From: Actinomycetota bacterium
GTDB taxonomy: Bacteria; Actinomycetota; Actinomycetes; S36-B12
Reading direction: 5' to 3'
Assembly (NCBI GenBank): GCA_027729805.1
Contig: JAQCEO010000002.1
Coordinates: 33,987-97,986 of the forward strand
Length of the DNA stretch: 64,000 nt
Position 1 is the first letter of the stretch. Every line of letters starts with the position of its first letter. Both the position numbers and the translations under genes were made by a program. Below, one piece after another: positions 23,268 to 30,975 of this stretch. Under the pieces are notes generated by a model that saw only the letters and a program-made list of their open reading frames with translations, was not told where the DNA came from and searched no databases.

Positions 23268-24095
23268 GTGAGCCTCGAAGGCAAGGTGGCCGTCGTCACC
23301 GGGGCCGCTCGCGGGCAGGGTCGCAGCCACGCGGTGCGTCTGGCCGAGGAGGGCGCGGATGTCATCGCGATCGACATCTGCCGGCCCATATCCACCGTCC
23401 CCTATCCACTGGCTACGGCGGGCGACCTGCAGGAAACAGCGGAGCGGGTGCGCGCTTTGGGTCGCCGAATTCTTGCCGTGGAGGTAGATGTTCGCGACTC
23501 CCTAGCGCTAAACGCGGCGATTGCTGAGGGGCTTGCATTGCTCGGCCGCATTGACATCGTTGTGGCGAACGCTGGCATCATCAGTTTTGCTCCGGTGGAG
23601 GACATCACGGGGGAGATGTGGGACGAGGTCATCGACGTCAATCTCAAGGGTGTTTGGCATACCTGTAAGGCAGCAATTCCGGCGATGAAGGCGGGCGGGG
23701 AGGGTGGTTCTATAGTCATCATCTCCTCGGTCGCCGGAGTGAAAGCCTGGGAGAATCAGGCCCACTATGTGGCGAGCAAGCACGGCGTCATCGGGCTCAT
23801 GCGCACGATGGCACGTGAACTTGCCCCCCACCGCATTCGTGTCAACACCGTGCATCCCACCAGTGTGCTGACCGACATGATCGACAATGACGGCCTGTAT
23901 CGCCTCTTTCGTCCCGACCACCCAAATCCCACAATGGCAGATGTCGAGCCGCTGTTTTGGCAGCAGAACAGCCTGCCGCTGCCTTGGGTGGAGCCGGTTG
24001 ACATTAGCAATGCAGTTGTCTTCTTGGCATCTGATCAGGCAAGGTATATAACGGGCATTATGTTGCCGGTGGATGCCGGTACCTTGCTTAAGTAG
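23268..24095 (+). CDS. Mycofactocin-coupled SDR, carveol-dehydrogenase-like subfamily
   Basis: AVVTGAARGQGRSHAVRLAEEGADVIAIDIC...YPLAT..DL matches the SDR subfamily reported to co-occur with mft loci; YVASKHG. In-frame GTG 23268 is preferred over the ORF start at 23064. Confidence 0.85.
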   Translation: MSLEGKVAVVTGAARGQGRSHAVRLAEEGADVIAIDICRPISTVPYPLATAGDLQETAERVRALGRRILAVEVDVRDSLALNAAIAEGLALLGRIDIVVANAGIISFAPVEDITGEMWDEVIDVNLKGVWHTCKAAIPAMKAGGEGGSIVIISSVAGVKAWENQAHYVASKHGVIGLMRTMARELAPHRIRVNTVHPTSVLTDMIDNDGLYRLFRPDHPNPTMADVEPLFWQQNSLPLPWVEPVDISNAVVFLASDQARYITGIMLPVDAGTLLK

Positions 24096-24181
24096 TGATG
24101 TGACCCCCGTCTTGGTCCGGGCTCACGTTAGTTGTTGCTGGGTTGTGTTGATGGTTTCGCACTTGAATTCGGGTTGCCCCG

Positions 24182-24460
24182 CTCGGAACGACGCTGGGGA
24201 AGTCCTTGCATGTCAATCTCAGACATGATGGCGACAACGAGTCGATGGTTGGCAATTAGAACCCAGTTTCAATCAGCACAGCGGCCTGCACCCGCAGGTA
24301 ACCGGACCAATTTGCCTACTGGCGAACTTCAGAGTTGAAAGCTGGGATAGAAGGGTTCATGAACAGATACAACAACCACCGACACTATCCCAAGATTGGG
24401 CAGACCAGCCCAATCAATTTTGAGATATCGTTAACCACCAAAGCGGCGAAAGCCAAATAA
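24182..24460 (+). mobile_element. Decayed 3' remnant of an IS3-type (rve integrase) transposase gene
   Basis: My translation of one frame: ...[68 protein letters not shown]...*. The YN..R.H..(I/L)G..(S/T)P..FE tail is typical of IS3 OrfB C-termini. In-frame stops occur at 24257 and 24299, and no N-terminal part is present. Confidence 0.5.
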
Positions 24461-24580
24461 CCCCGTGTCTACTTTTACCAGGGAACCTCAGAGGACGACA
24501 ACCGTGATCGCCGCTGCGATGCGCCAGGCTATGCGAGGAGTCGGCATGTGATTGTGGGGGAGTGTGACCAGTGGGTGGTT

Positions 24581-25156
24581 CTACTTCTGCATTCGCGAGT
24601 AGATGACGTCGGCCATGGCGCTGATGAAGAGGAGGAGTCCGACTGTGAAGATTTGGAGGAAGGGCGAGACGCCCATGAGGTTGAGTCCGTTGCGGAGTAG
24701 GGCGAGGAATATGACGCCTAGAGCCGTGCCGATGATGGTTCCGCGTCCTCCGAAGAGGCTGGTGCCGCCGATGATGACGGCGGCGATGACGTCGAGTTCT
24801 GAGCCGTAGCCCGCGTTGGTGGTTGCGGCGTTGAGTTTAGCGGCGAGGATGACACCGCTGAGGGCTGCGACTGCGCCGGAGGCGGAGTAGAGGATGAGTT
24901 TGACGCGTCGGACGTTGATTCCGGCGCGGCGTGCGACATCTTCGTTGGTGCCGATGGCGATGACGTATCGGCCGAACCGGGTTTGCCGTAAGACGAGCCC
25001 GCAGGCGAGGAAGATGAGGATGGAGAGGAGTACGGGGACGGGGATGCCGAGGAAGTCGCCTGTCCCGAAGTAGCGGTAGAGGTCGGGGAAATCGCTGGCG
25101 ATAAACAATTTTCGATGGCCTTTAACACGAGGCGGGTGCCGAGGCCCTTGAGTCAA
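24581..25156 (-). pseudogene. 5'-truncated ABC sugar (ribose/xylose-type) permease gene
   Basis: Only the C-terminal ~175 aa of an RbsC-like permease is present (TRFGRYVIAIGTNEDVARRAGINV...GSELDVIAAVIIGGTSLFGGRGTI...). The first ~17 residues of the ORF are non-homologous, and the ~150-aa N-terminal half, ATPase and binding protein are all absent. Confidence 0.7.
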
Positions 25157-25204
25157 AGTGCCGGCAACAGCTAGCCGGTAACATTACTGAATCTCCTCGC
25201 GTGC

Positions 25205-25233
25205 TTGACAAATGCCAGAAGGGCGCCTAAATT
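25205..25233 (+). promoter_or_regulatory. Sigma-70-like promoter TTGACA-17 nt-TAAATT upstream of the first transketolase operon
   Basis: TTGACA at 25205-25210, 17-nt spacer, TAAATT at 25228-25233. It is followed by TTGTCAACAA (25249-25258), a copy of the recurring island motif. Confidence 0.4.
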
Positions 25234-25294
25234 CCAGATGACCGTATTTTGTCAACAATATAGAGAATGTCGGGAATTGGGCGGTGTTGACTTT

Positions 25295-26122
25295 GTGAGT
25301 TTTTCTGAGTTTGAGGCCGTGAGTCGAAGGGTCCGGCGACTTGTCGTGGATACTGTGTATGGCGCTGGTGCTGGGCATATTGGGGGCCCACTATCGGCCG
25401 TCGACATCCTCACCGTGCTCTATCACCACGAAATGCGAATCTCGGTGAGCGATCCCGAGTGGCCAGATCGCGATCGCTTCATCTTGTCCAAGGGGCACTC
25501 CAGCCCTGCCCTCTACTCGGTTCTTGCCTCGTGCGGGTTCATCCCGGAGGAGGAGTTGTGGACTTTCGACGAGGTCGGTAGCCGACTCCAGGCGCATCCG
25601 GACATGCACAAGACGCCAGGTGTGGATATGTCCACGGGCTCGCTGGGTCAAGGCTTATCGGCGGGCGCGGGAATGGCGCTAGCCGCCAAGTTGGCGTCCC
25701 AGCCCTTTCGCGTGTACGTCCTGCTTGGTGACGGTGAGTGCCAGGAGGGTCAGGTGTGGGAAGCCGCGATGTTCGCCCAGCGGTTCGCACTCGACAACCT
25801 GGTTGCCGTCGTGGACTGGAACGGTCTCCAGCAGGTCGGGTGGGATCTCAGCGATCAGCCTTCCCGGGAGGACACACTCCCCACGGCGGTTGAGAAGTGG
25901 CGTGCCTTCGGATGGCATACCGCCGTCGTTGATGGTCACGACATCGGGGCGCTAGTCAATGCCTTCGACGCTGCGCGGAAGGTCACGGGTCAGCCGTGTG
26001 TGATTCTGGCCACGACGACGAAGGGAAAGGGAATCTCATTCATGGAGAACGACAACGCCTGGCATTCCCGGATCATCACCGAAGATGACTATGCGGCGAT
26101 CTGCGCGGAGCTGGCGCCGTGA
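25295..26122 (+). CDS. Split transketolase, N-terminal (TPP/PP-domain) subunit, copy 1
   Basis: GAGHIGGPLS and GDGECQEGQVWEA TPP-binding motifs. In-frame GTG 25295 gives ~275 aa; the ORF-track start at 25205 coincides with the promoter-like hexamer. Confidence 0.85.
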   Translation: MSFSEFEAVSRRVRRLVVDTVYGAGAGHIGGPLSAVDILTVLYHHEMRISVSDPEWPDRDRFILSKGHSSPALYSVLASCGFIPEEELWTFDEVGSRLQAHPDMHKTPGVDMSTGSLGQGLSAGAGMALAAKLASQPFRVYVLLGDGECQEGQVWEAAMFAQRFALDNLVAVVDWNGLQQVGWDLSDQPSREDTLPTAVEKWRAFGWHTAVVDGHDIGALVNAFDAARKVTGQPCVILATTTKGKGISFMENDNAWHSRIITEDDYAAICAELAP

Positions 26123-27066
26123 ACGGCACCGTGCAGGCTGAAGCAACACGTGATGCCTTCGGGGCGGAATTGCTTGACTGCGCGAAGGCCGACCCTTCGA
26201 TCGTCGTGGTCGACGCTGACCTCGGCAATGCAATCGGCCTGGTCCAGTTCCGGTCGACATTTCCGGCTCGGTACATTCAAGTCGGTATCGCCGAGCAGAA
26301 CGCCGTAGGTGTTGCAGCTGGGCTGGCCGCCTGCGGCTTCCGCCCTGTGCTGACCTCCTTCGCTGCCTTCGTGGCATGCCGCTGCCTGGACCAGATCAGG
26401 GTTTCCGTCGCCCAAACTGGTCTGCCGGTTGTGCTGCTCGGCGGCCACTCGGGCCTCCTGGCGGGGCGACTCGGCAAGACCCACGTGACCATGGAGGATC
26501 TATCGATCCTGCGCTCCCTCCCTGGCCTCGCCTGTGTCGCACCAGCGGATGGCGTCGAGATGCGCAAGGCGTTGCGAGCCTGCCTCGCCTACCCCGGTCC
26601 TACCTACCTCCGGGCTACCCGGGATGCGACTCCAACCATTTTCACGTCTGACCACGAGTTCGCGATCGGCAGGGCGTACATGCTCCGGGAAGGGGCCGAC
26701 ATCTGCTTGCTGTCGAGCGGGACGATGACACCGCGAGCTGCGCAGGTCGCTACCCTCCTGTCTGATCTCGGGTATTCAACAGCCTTGGTACATGTGCCCA
26801 CCCTGAAGCCGCTGGATATCCAGACGGTTGCCACTGCCACTCGTGGCAAGCGGCTCGTAGTCACGTACGAGGACCATTCGATTCTGGGTGGCCTCGGGTC
26901 CGCAGTCGCTGAAGTCCTCTTCGAGGGGGATCGACCCCCTCTCCTTCGGATCGGTACGGAGGACACCTACATCGACTCGGGGAAGAATGATGACCTCTTG
27001 GAGTTCTATAGGTTGGAACCAGAAGTTGTGACCGGCAGGATAGTGAACGCACTGGAGACGCAATGA
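26119..27066 (+). CDS. Split transketolase, C-terminal (Pyr + C-domain) subunit, copy 1
   Basis: ATRDAFGAELL...VVVDADLGN...IQVGIAEQNAVGVAAGLA; GTGA overlap with the N subunit. Confidence 0.85.
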   Translation: MNGTVQAEATRDAFGAELLDCAKADPSIVVVDADLGNAIGLVQFRSTFPARYIQVGIAEQNAVGVAAGLAACGFRPVLTSFAAFVACRCLDQIRVSVAQTGLPVVLLGGHSGLLAGRLGKTHVTMEDLSILRSLPGLACVAPADGVEMRKALRACLAYPGPTYLRATRDATPTIFTSDHEFAIGRAYMLREGADICLLSSGTMTPRAAQVATLLSDLGYSTALVHVPTLKPLDIQTVATATRGKRLVVTYEDHSILGGLGSAVAEVLFEGDRPPLLRIGTEDTYIDSGKNDDLLEFYRLEPEVVTGRIVNALETQ

Positions 27067-28262
27067 ACGCACCAACTTCGCGTGCCATGACAGCGGACCG
27101 GGCCTACGACCCGCTTTCCGAGCAGTCACACCTCGACCCGTATCCCACGTATTCGTGGTTGCGTGAGCATGCGCCCGTCTACTACTGCGCGGCCCGCGAC
27201 GTGTGGGTGTTGTCCCGGTACGAGGACGTCCGCGCCGCACTGCGGGACTGGAACACGTTCACCAGTACGGGTGGTGTGGAACTCGCCGATTACGTCGGGT
27301 TCTTCGGTGCGGGCAACTGTCTCGAGATGGATCCACCCCGTCACGATGTATTACGCAAGGTGTTCACTACGCGGTTCAGCACCAAGGCGATCAAGACCTA
27401 CGAGTCGATGGTGCGCGCCACCACGGTCGAACTCCTTGATGGCATCGAGGGCGCTTCCGAGGTCGATCTCGCGAGCGTGCTGACCAACCGTTTGCCGGTG
27501 CTCACGATCTGCCGGCTGCTGGGTCTTCCCGAAGCTGATATGCCTTGGGCGGTCGAAGCATCGATCGACATGATGACCCGCCCTCCGGATGAAGTCGGAC
27601 CCTCAGCTGCTGCGCAACGACTCCGTGCGCAATTGGTGGAGTTGTTCCTGCGCGAGGTGGACACGCGGTTGTCGGGTGTCTGGAGCGATGATGTGCTCTC
27701 CGACATGGCCCACGCGATCCAGGACGGCACGATGAATCGAGACGAAGTCCAGGGGGCCACGCTGCTGTTGATTGCGGCGGGTATGGAGACCACGTCGAGC
27801 CTGATGGGCAATATCGTGTCCGCCGTGGCCTCGGGGCAGGTGGATCCGCAGGCGTTGCTCGATGACGCGGGGGACCTGCGCCCGCCGGCGATCGATGAGT
27901 TCCTGCGCTACGACTCACCCGTGCAGTGGCTGTGCCGGGTGGCGACCGCGGATGCCGAGGTGCGCGGTGTTCGCATCCCGGCCGGCGCGCGCGTGCTGAT
28001 GCTCTATGCCTCGGCGAACCGAGACCCCGAGGTCTTCACGCACCCCGATGTCATCAATCTGGATCGGGATGGTTCGCGTAACCTGTCCTTCGGTGAGGGA
28101 ATCCACTTCTGCCTCGGGATGCCGTTGGCGAAGCTCGAGACCCGGATCGGACTCGGTGAGTTATTTGCGCGGTATCCACGCATCATCGCCACCGATGAGC
28201 CGCGGCGTTATCCGTCGCACATCATCCGCGGATTCGATTCGATCCCGGTGCGTGTGGCATGA
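27063..28262 (+). CDS. Cytochrome P450
   Basis: Heme-thiolate motif FGEGIHFCLGMPLA, I-helix AAGMETTS, EFLR (ExxR); ATGA overlap with the transketolase C subunit. Confidence 0.9.
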   Translation: MNAPTSRAMTADRAYDPLSEQSHLDPYPTYSWLREHAPVYYCAARDVWVLSRYEDVRAALRDWNTFTSTGGVELADYVGFFGAGNCLEMDPPRHDVLRKVFTTRFSTKAIKTYESMVRATTVELLDGIEGASEVDLASVLTNRLPVLTICRLLGLPEADMPWAVEASIDMMTRPPDEVGPSAAAQRLRAQLVELFLREVDTRLSGVWSDDVLSDMAHAIQDGTMNRDEVQGATLLLIAAGMETTSSLMGNIVSAVASGQVDPQALLDDAGDLRPPAIDEFLRYDSPVQWLCRVATADAEVRGVRIPAGARVLMLYASANRDPEVFTHPDVINLDRDGSRNLSFGEGIHFCLGMPLAKLETRIGLGELFARYPRIIATDEPRRYPSHIIRGFDSIPVRVA

Positions 28263-28323
28263 GCAATCCACGATTCCGGGGAATCCACTTGCGGAGCAAT
28301 TAACAACAACCAAGGAGGAAGTT

Positions 28324-28863
28324 ATGGCGGGAGCCAAAGTAATTACCCTAGACCACGTCGCGGTCATGGTGTCGGATCTGGAGCGCTCTTTGCGCTTCTA
28401 CCACGATCTGCTCGGTTTGGACTTCGTCGCGTCGGAGGAACACGACGACCGTCCGAACGGCGGCCCGGTCTCGACCATGACGGCATTTCCTGTTGTGCAA
28501 ATACGCGAGTACCGACTCCGGCCTGCTGGTGGCGTCAATGGCCATGCCCGCATCGAGGGCCAAGGGCTCACCGTCGATCTCATCGAGTGGATCACACCAG
28601 AGAGCCCGGTGGGTAGATACCCAATCAACCAGGTGCCAAGCTCGCACATCTGCTTCGGCGTGGAGAGCGTGCCGGCCACGTACGAGATGCTGGTCGAGGC
28701 CGGCGTGGAAGTGGTTTCACCACCCGTGCGGTTCGACGGTGAGGGCGAGTGGCATGTGCTGTTCTTCTACGACCCGGACGGCAACCTGATCGAACTCAAC
28801 GAGATCGGCACCGGCACGCAGCATGAGCACAAGTCGCAGATTCACGAGTGGAGCCGATACTAG
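28324..28863 (+). CDS. VOC (glyoxalase/bleomycin-resistance/extradiol dioxygenase) family protein
   Basis: LDHVAVMVSDLERSLRFYHDLLGL...FFYDPDGNLIEL; ATG 28324 follows AAGGAGGAAG. The 5' part of the ORF-track call overlaps the P450 gene. Confidence 0.8.
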   Translation: MAGAKVITLDHVAVMVSDLERSLRFYHDLLGLDFVASEEHDDRPNGGPVSTMTAFPVVQIREYRLRPAGGVNGHARIEGQGLTVDLIEWITPESPVGRYPINQVPSSHICFGVESVPATYEMLVEAGVEVVSPPVRFDGEGEWHVLFFYDPDGNLIELNEIGTGTQHEHKSQIHEWSRY

Positions 28864-28868
28864 ACCTT

Positions 28869-29909
28869 ATGACGCTTTCATCGATCGGAATCGTGGGGAC
28901 GGGGGAGAACGCCCACGATCACGCCGCTGCGTGCCAAGTGATCCCGGGTGCCGAACTCGTGGCGATTTGCGATATCTCCGCGGATGCGCTGGCGCGATTC
29001 GGTGACGAGTTCGGCTGTCCGCACCGGTATGAGTCCCTTGATGCGATGCTGGGCGCGCACGAACTTGATGTCCTCGTCATCTCTACTTGGGGTCCCCACC
29101 ACGCTCCGCTAGCGCTCCAGGCCATGGACACCGGGCGGGTGCGGGCCCTGTTGGTGGAAAAACCGATGGCCATGGATGCCGCCGAGGCCGCCGCGATGGT
29201 CGCCCGCGCGCAGGCTACGGGAACGCTGCTGGTCGAGGGGTTCAAGTGGCGGTATGACCCCCAGCACCGTGCCGCATTCGATGCGCTGGCTGCGGGGCGG
29301 ATCGGTGCGGTGCGCTCGGTGCACGGGGCCTTCTCCGCCCCGCTCGCCGGCCGCATGGGGGAGGGCAACTGGCGCTTCGACCCCGCTCGGGGTGGGGGGT
29401 CGCTCTATGACACCGCCGGTTACCTGATCCATTTCGCCCGCGCCGCGATGGGTGGTGACCCGGTCGCCGCACTGGCGATCGCACCGGATTCGAGTGCGGA
29501 TGGCGCGGAATTGAGTGCGGCGATAATTTTGGAGTTCACTGAGGGTCGGGTGGCGTTGCTGCAGTCAAGTTACGCCCAAGCTTACCACCAGGCAGTGACG
29601 GTGATTGGGACGCAAGGGTGGATGCGCTACACGAGCCCGTTTGATTCCCGCAGCAGCCGTGATGCGGAGTTCGTCGCCACACCACCGCTGGCTGCTCGGA
29701 TCGATATCCACGGCAACGACTTCGACCACGAGGTCCTCGAGTTCCCGCCGTGCAACCAGTTCGTGGCCCAGTTGGAAGCCGTACTCGCGGCGGCACGGAC
29801 CCGCGGCCAAGTGCCGGCATCCGGTGCCTTCGCCGTGGGTAGCATGGCCACGCTCGATGCCCTGCGGGCATCTATACAAAGTGGTCGGAAGAAGGAGGTA
29901 CGCGTATGA
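28869..29909 (+). CDS. Gfo/Idh/MocA-family oxidoreductase
   Basis: N-terminal Rossmann IGIVGTGENAHDHAAA and the LVEKPMA motif. Confidence 0.8.
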   Translation: MTLSSIGIVGTGENAHDHAAACQVIPGAELVAICDISADALARFGDEFGCPHRYESLDAMLGAHELDVLVISTWGPHHAPLALQAMDTGRVRALLVEKPMAMDAAEAAAMVARAQATGTLLVEGFKWRYDPQHRAAFDALAAGRIGAVRSVHGAFSAPLAGRMGEGNWRFDPARGGGSLYDTAGYLIHFARAAMGGDPVAALAIAPDSSADGAELSAAIILEFTEGRVALLQSSYAQAYHQAVTVIGTQGWMRYTSPFDSRSSRDAEFVATPPLAARIDIHGNDFDHEVLEFPPCNQFVAQLEAVLAAARTRGQVPASGAFAVGSMATLDALRASIQSGRKKEVRV

Positions 29910-30589
29910 GTCCCGATGCCGAGATACGATTGAATAGCAAACAGCGTTCCTTGCGCGATCAACTGACCGATTCCCTGCGCGAGCGCATCATGTCCTCCGA
30001 CCTGTCGCGGGGCGAGCGCCTCGATCTGCCCCGGATGGCGCGCGACTACGAGGTCAGTCTGATCCCATTGCGCGAGGCACTCATCGTGCTTGAGTCCGAG
30101 GGTGTGGTCACCTCGCGTGCGCGGCGTGGGGTGTTTGTCTCCGAGTTGTCCGCAGAGGATCTTATTGAGATTTACCAGGTGCGCGAGGCGATTGAGGTGC
30201 AGGCGGTCGAGTTGCTGATCGCCTCCGGTGATGCCGCGGCGGACACCGCCCTGTCCAATGCGCTGCAGGAGTTGGCTGCGTGCTGGAAGCGCGGCGACCA
30301 CGACGCAGCCGTCCGTGTCGATGTGCAATTGCACTGCCTAATCTCGGTGATATCGGGCAATCTGCGCCTTGCGCAAATGGCTAAGATGATGGCCAACCAG
30401 ACGCTGCTCCACCTCATGCCGGTCGAGGAATCACAGGTCGCGCTGCGCCGGCGACCCGCAGACCACTTCCACACAGACATCGTGCGAGCGATCGTGCAGC
30501 GCGATGTCGAATCGGCGCGTCAGGCTGTTCGCGATCACTACTCATGGTCGCGCGCGCGGCTTTCCGATGCTGGACTCGGGGCTTGGTAG
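29906..30589 (+). CDS. GntR-family (FadR/FCD subfamily) transcriptional regulator
   Basis: wHTH LPRMARDYEVSLIPLREALIVLESEGVVTSRARRGVFV plus an alpha-helical FCD-like C-terminal domain; ATGA overlap with the upstream gene. Confidence 0.85.
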   Translation: MSPDAEIRLNSKQRSLRDQLTDSLRERIMSSDLSRGERLDLPRMARDYEVSLIPLREALIVLESEGVVTSRARRGVFVSELSAEDLIEIYQVREAIEVQAVELLIASGDAAADTALSNALQELAACWKRGDHDAAVRVDVQLHCLISVISGNLRLAQMAKMMANQTLLHLMPVEESQVALRRRPADHFHTDIVRAIVQRDVESARQAVRDHYSWSRARLSDAGLGAW

Positions 30590-30732
30590 CAAGCAGTAGT
30601 CTCCTATCTGGCGTTGGTCGAGTTACTCGGGGATCCCTTGTCTGGACCCGTGCGGCGTTGGCAGCGGTCATCTCGGCTCCACGGGTCATGGTGGCGCGGG
30701 GCGGCCGCGACGCAGACTGGTCTGGATCTCTG

Positions 30733-30761
30733 TTGACAATCTATTATTAAAGTATTACGGT
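30733..30761 (+). promoter_or_regulatory. Promoter-like TTGACA-17 nt-TACGGT in an AT-rich patch upstream of the fused E1 gene
   Basis: TGTTGACAAT at 30731-30740 followed by the unusually AT-rich CTATTATTAAAGTAT, then TACGGT at 30756-30761 (TANNNT-type -10). Confidence 0.4.
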
Positions 30762-30813
30762 GCAGGATCAGTCCATCACTGAAAGCGCTGCCCCTTGACC
30801 AATGGGAATGTGA

Positions 30814-30975
30814 ATGTTAAATCCTCGAGGAGGTACCGCCGTCACAACGGGCGGTGCCCGCGGGCTCGACGAGGGCTATGACAACTGGCGCCGGGGGCAG
30901 GAGATCAACGTCAACGGTCCGTTCCTTTGGATCAACACGGTCGCACCAGCCATGGTTCCCGAAGCGGTCACATGA
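30814..30975 (+). CDS. Candidate 53-codon small ORF translationally coupled (ATGA) to the E1 gene
   Basis: My translation: MLNPRGGTAVTTGGARGLDEGYDNWRRGQEINVNGPFLWINTVAPAMVPEAVT*. Its stop TGA (30973-30975) overlaps ATG 30972. By my count ~37 of 53 third positions are G/C. It is below the ORF-track size cut-off, I recognise no homolog, and the SD (GGGAA) is weak. Confidence 0.3.
   Translation: MLNPRGGTAVTTGGARGLDEGYDNWRRGQEINVNGPFLWINTVAPAMVPEAVT

Noticed and set aside
29627-30334. 235-aa minus-strand ORF overlapping the Gfo/Idh/MocA and GntR genes
   Set aside because: The plus-strand GntR wHTH is unambiguous, and the minus-strand product has no motifs.
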